Shown: positions 38,741 through 48,334 of the stretch, one piece after another | How positions within the stretch are numbered: the first letter of the stretch is position 1 | How the letters are laid out: every line of letters begins with the position of its first letter | Translations under genes and position numbers: made by a program | Notes under the pieces: model-generated | Databases searched by the model: none | Told to the model about the DNA's origin: nothing | Seen by the model: the letters and a program-made list of their open reading frames with translations, nothing else | Assembly (NCBI GenBank): GCA_020348985.1 | Contig: CP070761.1 | Span: 691,526-755,525, forward strand | Direction: 5' to 3' | DNA from: Candidatus Thorarchaeota archaeon | GTDB lineage: Archaea > Asgardarchaeota > Thorarchaeia > Thorarchaeales > Thorarchaeaceae | DNA length: 64,000 nt

Positions 38741-39133
38741 GTGTTATATTCAAATGATGATGTGCCAACATGGGATACTTCCATGATGATTGGTGAAGAT
38801 TTGCTAGTTGACGAATCACTGATTCAGCCAGCTCGGTCACTTACAGAAATGAGAACAATAGTAGTAAGACTACTTCAGGATCTCAGAGCTGGTGCAACTC
38901 CTTCTTGGCTCAGGACTGAACACCTGAAGTTGACAAGAGCCGCACGTAAAACTTGGAATGCAATCGAGATGGGCACTTTGAGAGTTGGCTCAAAGGCAGT
39001 AATGAGGGAAATCTGGAAGGTAACCTGTCCAGACATAGGAAGAAGCCTACATTCACAGACTATCAATCATGAGCGCATTGCACGAGATGTTAGTCTTCTA
39101 CTTGAAACAATAGATCACGTTCTAGTCCCGTAG
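38741..39133 (+). CDS. hypothetical protein (130 aa, GTG start)
   Basis: ORF only; non-overlapping once the MFS start is corrected. Confidence 0.45.
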   Translation: MLYSNDDVPTWDTSMMIGEDLLVDESLIQPARSLTEMRTIVVRLLQDLRAGATPSWLRTEHLKLTRAARKTWNAIEMGTLRVGSKAVMREIWKVTCPDIGRSLHSQTINHERIARDVSLLLETIDHVLVP

Positions 39134-39190
39134 GGGAGCAAAGCAAAGGAAAACTGATTACGAGGAAGTCCATGACTCTATCGGATTGGC

Positions 39191-39946
39191 ATGAAGATTA
39201 CACTCTTAGGAACGGGCACTTCACTCATTGACCAGGACAGGGTCCAATCAGGACTTCTTATCGAAGGTAAGAGGGAACCAGTCCTGATAGATGTTGGTTC
39301 GGGAGTCCTGCGCAGACTTGTCCAGACAGGTACTGAGATTACAGCAATCAACCATGTCTTCATCAGTCACTTTCATGTAGACCACTGTTCCGATTTCCTC
39401 CCGCTTTACCAGAGTTTGTGGCTTGAGAATTACGACAAGACACTAACACTCTATGGCCCCCCTTCGATGAAGGAATGGTCTAGGGGGGTTTACGACGTGG
39501 CGTTTCCATATCTAAGAGATAGAATCGCAATGGAGCAAAGAGTCCTTGAAGAGAAGGATGCAATCTACATTGACGATCTGGTAGTGACAACGACTCCGAC
39601 AACACATGGTTCCTACGAGAGCAGAGCCTTTAGAATTGAAAGCGGCAGCAATTCAATTGTGTATTCCTCCGATACTGCTCCATGTAGAGAGCTAATAGAG
39701 CTGGCAAAAGGTGTGGACATTCTTATCCATGAATGTAACTGGCTAGACGGGGACCACAAGCCAGGAATCCATACCAGTCCCAGTGAGCTTACGAGTATTG
39801 TTGAAGGGATCCAACCTGGGAAAGTCATTCTAACTCACCTTTCTCCTGAGGTCATAGAGCATGGTGATGAAGTAATCTCGATTGTCGGGAGGCGAACAAA
39901 TGCTGAGATTGCTCTTGCAGAAGATCTCATGACAATTGAGATCTAG
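39191..39946 (+). CDS. MBL-fold metallo-hydrolase (RNase Z/ElaC-like short form)
   Basis: HFHVDH (HxHxDH), additional H/D ligands, N-terminal LLGTGTS. Confidence 0.75.
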   Translation: MKITLLGTGTSLIDQDRVQSGLLIEGKREPVLIDVGSGVLRRLVQTGTEITAINHVFISHFHVDHCSDFLPLYQSLWLENYDKTLTLYGPPSMKEWSRGVYDVAFPYLRDRIAMEQRVLEEKDAIYIDDLVVTTTPTTHGSYESRAFRIESGSNSIVYSSDTAPCRELIELAKGVDILIHECNWLDGDHKPGIHTSPSELTSIVEGIQPGKVILTHLSPEVIEHGDEVISIVGRRTNAEIALAEDLMTIEI

Positions 39947-39956
39947 CCTATTTATC

Positions 39957-40394
39957 CTAGAGATACATCAACCTAATGTTTGTGATTCCGAATACGCCGG
40001 TACATATGAAGACAGGAGCGAGAATCGTCATATTCTCCCATTCGGGAAGGATCAGCTGAAAGCCAAGTTGTTCGATTGTGAATAGGTTGATGACAAGCAC
40101 AACAAACCATGCCATAGCGTGGATAACATTGATGTAGGTTGCCGTTCTTGGAAAGCCACGCCCGATTAGTCTCAAAATGAATATTGCTTCTCTGACTATC
40201 CAAACGACAAAGAATAGTGACGCAATGATGAGAAATGGAGATCCTCCAATTGCTCCAGCGGCATAGATGAAACCCAAGGCAGCACACATATAGACCCAAG
40301 TAATCATTGGATTGAAACTGCGACGAACACTGATGCCATCTCTTGAGTGAGTGTACTCATCAGTTTCTCTTGCCTCATCGTTATCTTCAGTCAA
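39957..40394 (-). CDS. small membrane protein (about 4 TM)
   Basis: Hydrophobic segments WVYMCAALGFIYAAGAIGG, FLIIASLFFVVWIV, AMAWFVVLVINLF. Confidence 0.6.
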   Translation of the reverse strand: MTEDNDEARETDEYTHSRDGISVRRSFNPMITWVYMCAALGFIYAAGAIGGSPFLIIASLFFVVWIVREAIFILRLIGRGFPRTATYINVIHAMAWFVVLVINLFTIEQLGFQLILPEWENMTILAPVFICTGVFGITNIRLMYL

Positions 40395-40509
40395 CTCGGC
40401 TCACGGATTCTATCAGGTGGCTTCCTAATAACTCAAGCCTTGCATGCAGGTCGCTATCTAGAATGATGAAGTCTCACTCATAATACCATAGGGAGTGCGA
40501 AAGGTGTCG

Positions 40510-40839
40510 TTAACGTAGTAGCTTGTGTTTTCCGCCAGCTGTGATTACAAGTGTTCCCGAACGTTCGAATTCATATGGTTCATCCATCGTGAACTCAGTG
40601 TCAACATATTCGACGGCTTCCCACTCAATCAATGTCCGCCCTTCTTCTTCTGTGATTGATGTAACCCTGAATGTGGCAGGATCAACTGTGATATGCGCTT
40701 CGTGAATATCTCTTACATAATCGTCAGAACGCTTGCGCGCCTCAAGAAGCTCTCTTCGCCTCTCAGCTGCGGCTTTGTTCAGAAGCTTCTCAACAATCTT
40801 GGCTAGTTCCTTTTCGTCAAAAGAGGCCATTCTCTCCAC
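40510..40839 (-). CDS. hypothetical protein (109 aa), downstream partner of the 314-aa Zn-ribbon protein
   Basis: ORF 17 nt after the upstream gene on the same strand. Confidence 0.6.
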   Translation of the reverse strand: MERMASFDEKELAKIVEKLLNKAAAERRRELLEARKRSDDYVRDIHEAHITVDPATFRVTSITEEEGRTLIEWEAVEYVDTEFTMDEPYEFERSGTLVITAGGKHKLLR

Positions 40840-40856
40840 CGTCTGACCTTAATGGG

Positions 40857-41801
40857 CTACCAACGGAACTTCTCAATCATCTTCCAGTGCCAACAGTAAG
40901 GACACTCCAAAGTGTAGAGGATGAGTCCGTCTCCTTCCCCCATCACTGTTGCTACTTCATCGGGATTCAGAAAGGCACCACAGTTCATGCAAGCCCGCGA
41001 ATCCAGACTATCTGAGATTTCTTCAGCCATGCCCGAAAGCATGTCGACATCATCACCATAAGCCTCAATCCTAGTGTTGGAATGCTTGCCGTTGACCGGC
41101 CCAGCTACTTTCACGATGACTGCAGTCTTCTTCCCTGTATGCCTGTGGCGCGCTAAGCCTCTAAGTTCACCAGTGTACTCCTTCTCATTTGGTCCAGACT
41201 GGGTCTCATTCACTGATTCAGTCTTGTCAACGATGTGGAAGTTCCTCGCACGCAGAAGTACCTCTGCATTGAAGAAGATGGCTTCTGGATTCCAATCGAG
41301 CTTCTTGACATCGTGCAGAAGAGTCAACTTCTTAATTATGTCCTCGAATTCGTCGAGCGTAGTTCGCATAGGTTCAAGGAGGTTGTAGACAACTCTGATT
41401 ACATATGGCGAAACCTCAAGCTCACGAACGCGTTCGGTGTGGTCAGTGTATGACACTGCTGAGTGAATCTCACCCTCCACATTGTCCTCGACTGCTGCGA
41501 ACAAGAAAACAATAGATCCGGATTCTCCAGGTTCAACGATGTCAACAGTGCGATCTTGGTCACCTTCGAGTAGAAGAGTATCAGTGGGATATGTCTCTAT
41601 ACGTGCCTTCACACTTGATACCTTGTGAGCAGTCTGGTTCTTCACCTTCAGCTCGTATTCAAGTTTGTCCCCAACCATCTTGCCGCTCCTGAACACGATA
41701 ACGACTTCTTCCACAGGTTCGGTCGGAGGCGGAAGTGTGATGCTGACTTCAGTCCCCTCGGGGGCTTCATCAAACTCGGGCGGTTTCTTGTCTTCAGCCA
41801 A
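40857..41801 (-). CDS. hypothetical protein with Ig-like beta-sandwich N-terminal region and C-terminal zinc ribbon
   Basis: C-terminal CMNCGAFLNPDE…ECPYCWHW (CxxC…CxxC). Divergently transcribed from the SPFH gene. Confidence 0.7.
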   Translation of the reverse strand: MAEDKKPPEFDEAPEGTEVSITLPPPTEPVEEVVIVFRSGKMVGDKLEYELKVKNQTAHKVSSVKARIETYPTDTLLLEGDQDRTVDIVEPGESGSIVFLFAAVEDNVEGEIHSAVSYTDHTERVRELEVSPYVIRVVYNLLEPMRTTLDEFEDIIKKLTLLHDVKKLDWNPEAIFFNAEVLLRARNFHIVDKTESVNETQSGPNEKEYTGELRGLARHRHTGKKTAVIVKVAGPVNGKHSNTRIEAYGDDVDMLSGMAEEISDSLDSRACMNCGAFLNPDEVATVMGEGDGLILYTLECPYCWHWKMIEKFRW

Positions 41802-42051
41802 ATGCGCTCAATCCTTCGAGTTGTTGTGTGTCTCTTGGATTAGATCAAAGTCTACCTATCCTCTCGAGGTGAATAGAGTCACCGACACACTCGTGCAGAG
41901 TGCTGTCAAAGTAGGGTCAAGTTCTTTGAAAAGGGTTGCTTGGGCGAATACGCTAGGAGAATTATGGTCCACTAATCGACCATGTCAATGTTTAAAACCT
42001 ATGAAGCATCTAAAGCACTAAGAACTCGATTACTAAACGGGTGTTTGTAGC

Positions 42052-42927
42052 ATGGCAGATGCAATTGAGTGGACAAATGCCGGACCAGATGATATAGTCT
42101 GGCGTTATCCTGACAATCGAATAAGGTGGGGCTCACAACTTATTGTTATGGAGAACCAAGCGGCCATCTTCTACAGAGATGGCAAAGCACTGGACACATT
42201 CCTAGCAGGCCGCCACAAACTTACTACGAGTAGCATGCCCGGTCTTGTAGGCTGGCTTCAGAAGAAAGTCAAAGGCGACGTCTTCGAAGCAACCTGCATC
42301 TTTTTGTCACGTGGACAATTCCAAGGGAAGTTCGGAGGCAGAGGACAGACAAGTGACCTCGCTCCGCTAATGTTTCACGGAAACTTCTGGGCGAGGGTAA
42401 AAGAGCCGAAGATCTTCACAAACGAAGTGGTCGGAAACCAAAGTGCATTCACGACCAAGAAGGTCAACGACTTCCTTAGGTCCTTCATGAACGAGAGGAT
42501 CATCGACGAGTTTGCTCACTTTGACCTGCAAGCAGTCTTCACACAGCTTGATGAAACAAGCCTCAAGGTCAAGACACAGGTCCGAATGAACTTTGAAAGG
42601 ATTGGTCTCGAGCTAGTAGATTTGAAATTCGAAGGAATGGACACTAGCGAGAAGTACCGTGAGAGACTCTTCTGGTTGCGCACTGGAGGAGTAGGCGGCG
42701 ATGACCTCAGACGGGCAGAGATGGTTGAGGGCAGTGCAGAGTCACTGGGTAGGAGTCCAGGTGCCGGGTTTGGTGCTGGAATGGGCATGGGCGCCGCAAT
42801 CGGCGACGCGATGCGCGGCGATGAGAAGGGCGGAACAACCCCTGCAGGAGCCAAGTTCTGCTCCAACTGTGGAACGGCACTTGAGGGTGCCAAGTTTTGT
42901 CCTAACTGTGGTCAGAAAGTAGGGTAA
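42052..42927 (+). CDS. SPFH-domain protein of the COG4260/YdjI (Band_7_1) family with C-terminal double zinc ribbon
   Basis: IEWTNAGPDDIVWRYPDN…SQLIVMENQAAIFYRDGKALDTFLAGRHKLTTSSMPGL matches the COG4260 signature (LIVRESQ.AVFF.DGK…GPGRH.L.T.N.P). C-terminus has the duplicated ribbon KFCSNCGTAL…KFCPNCGQKV, as in B. subtilis YdjI. Confidence 0.8.
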   Translation: MADAIEWTNAGPDDIVWRYPDNRIRWGSQLIVMENQAAIFYRDGKALDTFLAGRHKLTTSSMPGLVGWLQKKVKGDVFEATCIFLSRGQFQGKFGGRGQTSDLAPLMFHGNFWARVKEPKIFTNEVVGNQSAFTTKKVNDFLRSFMNERIIDEFAHFDLQAVFTQLDETSLKVKTQVRMNFERIGLELVDLKFEGMDTSEKYRERLFWLRTGGVGGDDLRRAEMVEGSAESLGRSPGAGFGAGMGMGAAIGDAMRGDEKGGTTPAGAKFCSNCGTALEGAKFCPNCGQKVG

Positions 42928-42938
42928 TATTCAACTTT

Positions 42939-42982
42939 GGAGGACCTTCGGGTCCCCCAAATTCTGTTTTTCTTTTGGTTTG
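42939..42982 (+). terminator. stem-loop GGAGGACC-UUCG-GGUCCCCC followed by long T-rich tract
   Basis: Seven of 8 bp pair in the stem, with a UUCG tetraloop, then AAATTCTGTTTTTCTTTTGGTTT. Confidence 0.65.
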
Positions 42983-43073
42983 AGTTAGAAAGTCGCATCT
43001 CGAAATACCTTTTAGAGAGGATAGCATGTCTTCAAAAGACCCCGTCAAGGTCAAGACTGGAGGGACCCAGTAA

Positions 43074-44918
43074 TTGTTCACCTGTGGGAAGTGTGGAGAG
43101 CCGTTTCATGTTCAACATGTTGAAGCCCGTAGGGACAACCTTCGATTATACGTCCAATGCTTGAACGGGCACAAAGGAAAGAGAGAGGTTTCTGTGTTTC
43201 AGGCGGGTAGCATGGCGCTCGATCTGTTCTCAGGTCTGTATACATGTATGGAGTGTGGGTCAACGATGTCTGTTGCAGGCATGGACCTGCGAAAGCGTTC
43301 AGTTGAGTATATCTTCCTATGCCCAATTCATGGACCAACCAAGCGCCAAGTCCCGCAAGAGTTTTCCAGAGCCATTGAAGAGCTAAAGAGCCGTGTGAAC
43401 AGCACGAAGTCGATGCTCGACTCGCTAAGCTGTCCGCGGTGTGGGAAAGTATTTGCGGTTCACGAGATTGGCGAGGCTCGTGGATTACTCGAGCTAAAGG
43501 CGAGATGTGCAAATGGTCACAAAGAACTCAGATACCTTCCGAAAGCACTAGACGAGTCCGTTGAGAAGACAGTACTGAAACGAGTACTTCACTGCGATAC
43601 CTGCTCACTGCCCAGTCAGCTAGTGAAGGTGGAGAATAGAAAGGACTATTCAAGAGTCGAAATATCTTGCCCTGTTCACAGCACCGGAAAGAAAGAGATC
43701 CCTCTGATGTTTGCTAGCTCGCTTGCAAGAGTGGCAGACGCTGTGTCTGACGAAACGTTAGTCAGGCAAATGTTGAGATGCCGAGACTGCCAGGGAGACC
43801 TCTCGATTCGCAGCATTAGGCCTGACAAGAGTGAGTACAAGATGAAGTGTACTTGCGTCAATGATCATACCACAGAGATGACAAAGCCCATTGACTGGGA
43901 CGAGGGGTCGACCGAAGCGATTGTTGAAGCTTTGCTCAAATGCAATGAATGTGAGCTTACAACAGAAGTTCTAGAGCACAAGGTAAGCGGAAGAGACGTT
44001 GAGATCCAAATTCTTTGTCCGCTTCATGGAACAATGCGAAAGGGACTTACTGTAGAGGTCTACAAGCATCTCGAGAACTTCGATTCGAAGATTGATCGAA
44101 AACCGTCAATAGAGAGCAGTCTCAAGTGCAAGAGATGCGGAACTCCAGTGCTCATCAAGAAAGTAAAGAACAGGGATGGGTACTTCGAAGTGGACATTGA
44201 GTGCCAGAACGATCACGGCGGGGACAGATATTACAAGACTAAGATAGGCCCGGCGCTTCTAAGGAAGATATACAGACAAGGCTTCGAATGTCATAGATGC
44301 CATAAGCCCAAGGACCTGGCAGAGATCCAGATAGAAGATGACAAGTCGATTGCCCTTGTTACCTGCCCTGAACATGGCGAAAGCAAATATGACATACCCC
44401 CTGAACACGCCACCGCAGTTCGTGATGCCTTCATGGCGAAGGCCACGTTTCCAATGATGCGTGAGCTTGTGGATGAAAGGCTCGAAATGAAGAATGAATT
44501 CGAGTACCAGATCGACGCCTCAGCAGACACAACAGAAATGTTTCAGATCGTCAAAAACATCATAGACCAACACGATGTTCGAATGGTTGCGGAAAGCTCC
44601 ACTGTCGAGGGGGACGGCGAGGCATGGTACTATGGCAAAGCACTTGCGGGAGATGAGTTTGTCGTAGTTGGTTCTGTTTCGGCCAAGGAGCGGATTGTTC
44701 GAATATCGGTTTCTGCAGACGACGCAGAGAAGATGAATCTCCTGCTCACACCTATGCGCGAGAATCTGAGAGAGGTTCTTTTGAAGATTCAGGCCAAGTC
44801 TGATGATGTTGAGCCCAAGGCAATCCTTTGTGCGCGATGTGGAGCTGCTCTGGGCAAGCGAGCACTTCCAGGGGAAACTAGTGTCTGTGAACACTGTGGA
44901 ACGCCGCTGCACTGGTGA
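43074..44918 (+). CDS. poly-zinc-ribbon protein: eight tandem C2CH modules (CxxC-x20-22-Cx2-3H) plus a C-terminal classic CxxC…CxxC ribbon (614 aa)
   Basis: Repeats TCGKCGEP…QCLNGH; TCMECGST…LCPIHG; SCPRCGKV…RCANGH; HCDTCSLP…SCPVHS; RCRDCQGD…CTCVNDH; KCNECELT…LCPLHG; KCKRCGTP…ECQNDH; ECHRCHKP…TCPEHG; then CARCGAAL…CEHCGTP. TTG start immediately after an in-frame TAA, with GGAGGGA 8 nt upstream. Confidence 0.8.
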   Translation: MFTCGKCGEPFHVQHVEARRDNLRLYVQCLNGHKGKREVSVFQAGSMALDLFSGLYTCMECGSTMSVAGMDLRKRSVEYIFLCPIHGPTKRQVPQEFSRAIEELKSRVNSTKSMLDSLSCPRCGKVFAVHEIGEARGLLELKARCANGHKELRYLPKALDESVEKTVLKRVLHCDTCSLPSQLVKVENRKDYSRVEISCPVHSTGKKEIPLMFASSLARVADAVSDETLVRQMLRCRDCQGDLSIRSIRPDKSEYKMKCTCVNDHTTEMTKPIDWDEGSTEAIVEALLKCNECELTTEVLEHKVSGRDVEIQILCPLHGTMRKGLTVEVYKHLENFDSKIDRKPSIESSLKCKRCGTPVLIKKVKNRDGYFEVDIECQNDHGGDRYYKTKIGPALLRKIYRQGFECHRCHKPKDLAEIQIEDDKSIALVTCPEHGESKYDIPPEHATAVRDAFMAKATFPMMRELVDERLEMKNEFEYQIDASADTTEMFQIVKNIIDQHDVRMVAESSTVEGDGEAWYYGKALAGDEFVVVGSVSAKERIVRISVSADDAEKMNLLLTPMRENLREVLLKIQAKSDDVEPKAILCARCGAALGKRALPGETSVCEHCGTPLHW

Positions 44919-44983
44919 CAGATCGTCAGCGGACTCTCTCAGTCAGAAGCGAGTCTTGCAAAGTTCAGGGGCATTTAATGAAT

Positions 44984-45418
44984 CTATCCAAATGACTTCT
45001 CCTTGTAGCCCCCAGGGAACTCTGTTGGCAATGTCCTAAGTAGCTCAACAAGCCTGTCAGTTGCCTTTGCTGTCTTAAGCAAGCGAGGCATATTTCCCTT
45101 GATCTTCAGCTTCCTCGTGATGAAAGCACGATTTGCCCCTATCTTACCAAGTAAGATGTCCACCCATACGCGATAGGGTGCGCTCATAATGAATGAGGTT
45201 TCCTTCTCCCCCTTCCAGATGTCGGTCATGATTCCACCCTTGATTTCAAAACCAACCATCATTGTTTCAGCGATTCCTTTGTCAGGCTCAGCCTGCAGCA
45301 CAAGCGTGTAGGAATCATCAACGGTTTTGGCAAGGGTGTTGTACTCTTCATCTGAATTGAGCAGTTCCTTGAACCTCTCCAAATACTCGTCGCTTCCAAG
45401 CTCCATTCTTCCACTCAT
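44984..45418 (-). CDS. SCP2 (sterol carrier protein-2) domain protein
   Basis: ANRAFITRKLKIKGNMPRLLK is a typical SCP2 C-terminal motif. Confidence 0.75.
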   Translation of the reverse strand: MSGRMELGSDEYLERFKELLNSDEEYNTLAKTVDDSYTLVLQAEPDKGIAETMMVGFEIKGGIMTDIWKGEKETSFIMSAPYRVWVDILLGKIGANRAFITRKLKIKGNMPRLLKTAKATDRLVELLRTLPTEFPGGYKEKSFG

Positions 45419-45433
45419 TTTTCCTTCCTCTAG

Positions 45434-46447
45434 TCATATCTCAACAAGCACTTTGACTTCTGCGCTCTCTGGATGAGCAAGTGCTTCAAACCCATCCTCC
45501 ACGATTCGACGTAACGGAATAATACTCGTAATCATTTGCCTAGGATTTATGGCCCCTTCTTCAAGCAGCCTGATTGCCTCAGGGAATTCTTCGTATCCCA
45601 AGTAACTGAATTGGACAGTAAGCTCGTTCAACACACCCGTCATGAAATCGACCTCAACAGGTTCCTCGCTGATGCCCAGCACAAGAATCTTCCCTCCTCT
45701 CTTGACAAGCTGAAAAGCTTCCGATGTTGGTCCAGGTTCCCCTGTACATTCGACTACAGAATCCACTCCTAAGCCTTGTGTGAGGTTCTCTATTCTGAGA
45801 GCGACTGATTCGTCAGTAGGATCGAAGACTGCGTCGGCCCCAGCATGCTTGGCCGCACTCCGTCTGGCAGAGAGCGGCTCCGAAGCATATACCACAGAGG
45901 CTTCCATTAGCCTAGCAAGATGTATGGACATAATCCCAATTGGGCCAGTACCCAAAACGAGCACGCTGTTGCCTGGGTTAAACCTAATCATGTTGAAACC
46001 TCGGAGGGCTATTGAGAGTGGCTCCACAAGTGCGCCAATCTGGAAGTCAACAGAATCCGGAAGTGCATGAAGCGTCGTCTCAGGCAGTGCTACAAGTTCT
46101 GCGAGTCCACCATTCATCGAGATCCCAACCATCTGCATGTCCTCGCAAAGTGAGTATCGCCTGTCTGTGCAAAATGAACAGATTTTGCATGGTGTCAACG
46201 AGTTAGGTACAACTCTGTCTCCTTTCTTCCATTGCGTGACAGCTTCTCCAACATCAACAACCTCTCCAGAGAACTCGTGGCCCATGACGAGTCCCCGCTC
46301 ATACATTCCATATTCGTATGCACTCAAGTCAGAACCACAGATGCCAACGTACTTCGGCTTGACCATTACATCGTTTGGACCCAAATCCGGTTCTGGTATT
46401 TCTTGTATCTCTATCTCGCCGGCGCCGAGGTAGACAGCCGCCTTCAC
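45434..46447 (-). CDS. Zn-dependent alcohol/threonine dehydrogenase (MDR family)
   Basis: GICGSDL, GHEFSGEV, C..C..C..C structural-zinc motif (CKICSFCTDRRYSLC), and a GTGPIG Rossmann motif. GTG start abuts the upstream stop. Confidence 0.9.
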   Translation of the reverse strand: MKAAVYLGAGEIEIQEIPEPDLGPNDVMVKPKYVGICGSDLSAYEYGMYERGLVMGHEFSGEVVDVGEAVTQWKKGDRVVPNSLTPCKICSFCTDRRYSLCEDMQMVGISMNGGLAELVALPETTLHALPDSVDFQIGALVEPLSIALRGFNMIRFNPGNSVLVLGTGPIGIMSIHLARLMEASVVYASEPLSARRSAAKHAGADAVFDPTDESVALRIENLTQGLGVDSVVECTGEPGPTSEAFQLVKRGGKILVLGISEEPVEVDFMTGVLNELTVQFSYLGYEEFPEAIRLLEEGAINPRQMITSIIPLRRIVEDGFEALAHPESAEVKVLVEI

Positions 46448-48172
46448 TTACTCCTCTCCTGGTAATTGGCAGCCCTCCAACCACACTGATGCAACTGATT
46501 CAAAATCAGGAGGCGCGAGATTGACATCTGGATCGACCACAACGTCAACCACGGCGGGAAGACCAGAATTCCGTGCTTCTTCAAGAGCAGGACCAATCTT
46601 CTCAGGCGTGTCAACTCTAATGCCAAAGCAGCCCATGGCCTCCGCCATCTTGTCATATCTCGTGTCTGTGAAGTCAACGCCGACATAACGTTCATCGTAG
46701 AGTCCCTTTTGTCCAGCCTTGATCATGCCATATGCTCGGTCATTTCCGATTATGACTGTGAATGGTATCTTTCTACGTCGAGCGGTCTCTAGTTCCTGAG
46801 CATTGAACATGAAAGCGCCGTCTCCAGAAATGACGTAGACTTCCTTCTCCGGGTGAGCAAGTTTAGCGCCGATTGCATACCCAGTTCCAACCCCAAGATG
46901 ACCAGAGTCGGATGGCCAGAGGAATGTCCGGGGACGGTATATTCTGTTTAGATAGACTGACCAGACAACTATGTTTCCTCCATCTGCAATAGAAATGGCA
47001 TCTCGTGGATAGAAATCCCGGACTTCCTGGATGAGTCTAAGAGGATGGATTGGAATTTGGTCAGACTTGCCCTGCTCGCGGAAATCGGCAAGCCAGTTCT
47101 CTTGTGCCTCACGACAGTTTGCCATGTCTTCTCTGGGCTTAGCCTTAGGTGAATTCTTGACAATCTTGAGAATCTCGGCCAGAGTACTCTTTGCATCACC
47201 AACAATAGCAAGATCAACAACCCGATTGAGCGCAATCATTTCAGGTGCAACGTCTATTTGGATTAGTTGCTGATCAGCACATTCAGCCCAACCGGGAGCT
47301 CGTCCCCAAAAGTCAAGGTCACCTAGTTTCCCACCAACTAGAAGGACCAAATCAGATTGACATTGTGCACCAATTGCGCCAAAGCTAGCAGGTACTAGAG
47401 AAAGCTCGTGGTCTTCCGGGATTGAACCCCTGGCAATCAGCGATGTTGTCACTGGTGATTGAAGGTGTTCTGCAAGCTCCACAATCTCTCTAGACGCTTC
47501 AGAGGCAAGCACACCTCCTCCAGCATGAATCAACGGAAACTCAGCCTCCAAGAGCATCTTTGCGGCCCTTGAGATAAGAGTCGGGTCTCCGATAGGCGGC
47601 TTTGTCACCCTATATTTGTCTGCAGGAACTATGCCATCAATAAGGGTGTCCTCTGCGCACTTCATGTAGAGAACATCCGATGGTACCTCTAGGAACACGG
47701 GACCAGGTCTGCCCGACATTGCTTCTCGGAAGGCCCAGTGTACGAGATGAGGAATCCGCTGCCAATGTGATACAGTTGCACCCCATTTAGTTATTGGTTT
47801 GAAGAGGCTGAGCTGGTCTAATCCCTGTGAACTTCCATGGTCAGGTAGAATTCGCCATGACTGATTCTGAGCACAGAGCACTATCATAGGAATGCTGTCG
47901 GCATGGGCAGCATATACCCCAGGAACAAGATCTGCAGCACCAGGCCCAACTGTGCCAAGACACACTCCAGGGTTTCCAGTAGTGCGAGCCCAAGCATCAG
48001 CGGCATGAGCTGCCGCCTGTTCGTGTCTGAAGGTGATGAATTCGATTCCTTCCTGTTGGTATATCTCATCAAGAAGTGGATATAGCTGGTCTCCGGGCAC
48101 ACCAAACACGTAGCGGACTCCTTCCTCGATGAGACATCTTGCGAGAACCTCGCCTCCGGTTAGCATTGACAT
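46448..48172 (-). CDS. thiamine-pyrophosphate enzyme, acetolactate synthase large-subunit-like
   Basis: GVPGDQLYPLLDE, GPGAADLV, SGDGAFMFNAQELETA (TPP GDG motif). Its stop is immediately followed by the ADH start (coupled). Confidence 0.9.
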   Translation of the reverse strand: MSMLTGGEVLARCLIEEGVRYVFGVPGDQLYPLLDEIYQQEGIEFITFRHEQAAAHAADAWARTTGNPGVCLGTVGPGAADLVPGVYAAHADSIPMIVLCAQNQSWRILPDHGSSQGLDQLSLFKPITKWGATVSHWQRIPHLVHWAFREAMSGRPGPVFLEVPSDVLYMKCAEDTLIDGIVPADKYRVTKPPIGDPTLISRAAKMLLEAEFPLIHAGGGVLASEASREIVELAEHLQSPVTTSLIARGSIPEDHELSLVPASFGAIGAQCQSDLVLLVGGKLGDLDFWGRAPGWAECADQQLIQIDVAPEMIALNRVVDLAIVGDAKSTLAEILKIVKNSPKAKPREDMANCREAQENWLADFREQGKSDQIPIHPLRLIQEVRDFYPRDAISIADGGNIVVWSVYLNRIYRPRTFLWPSDSGHLGVGTGYAIGAKLAHPEKEVYVISGDGAFMFNAQELETARRRKIPFTVIIGNDRAYGMIKAGQKGLYDERYVGVDFTDTRYDKMAEAMGCFGIRVDTPEKIGPALEEARNSGLPAVVDVVVDPDVNLAPPDFESVASVWLEGCQLPGEE

Positions 48173-48334
48173 CAGTCATCTACTCCTCAAAGCGCATTCA
48201 TCTAGATGATTCCCCTGAGATTTATCGTTTCCGAGAAGTGTTTCATGGAGTCGATAATACACGAATCCAAAATCGCAGCATCCAGGGTAAGTCTTGTGGT
48301 GTAGATTCCATCAAGGTTTCTTGGATGTTTCAGA

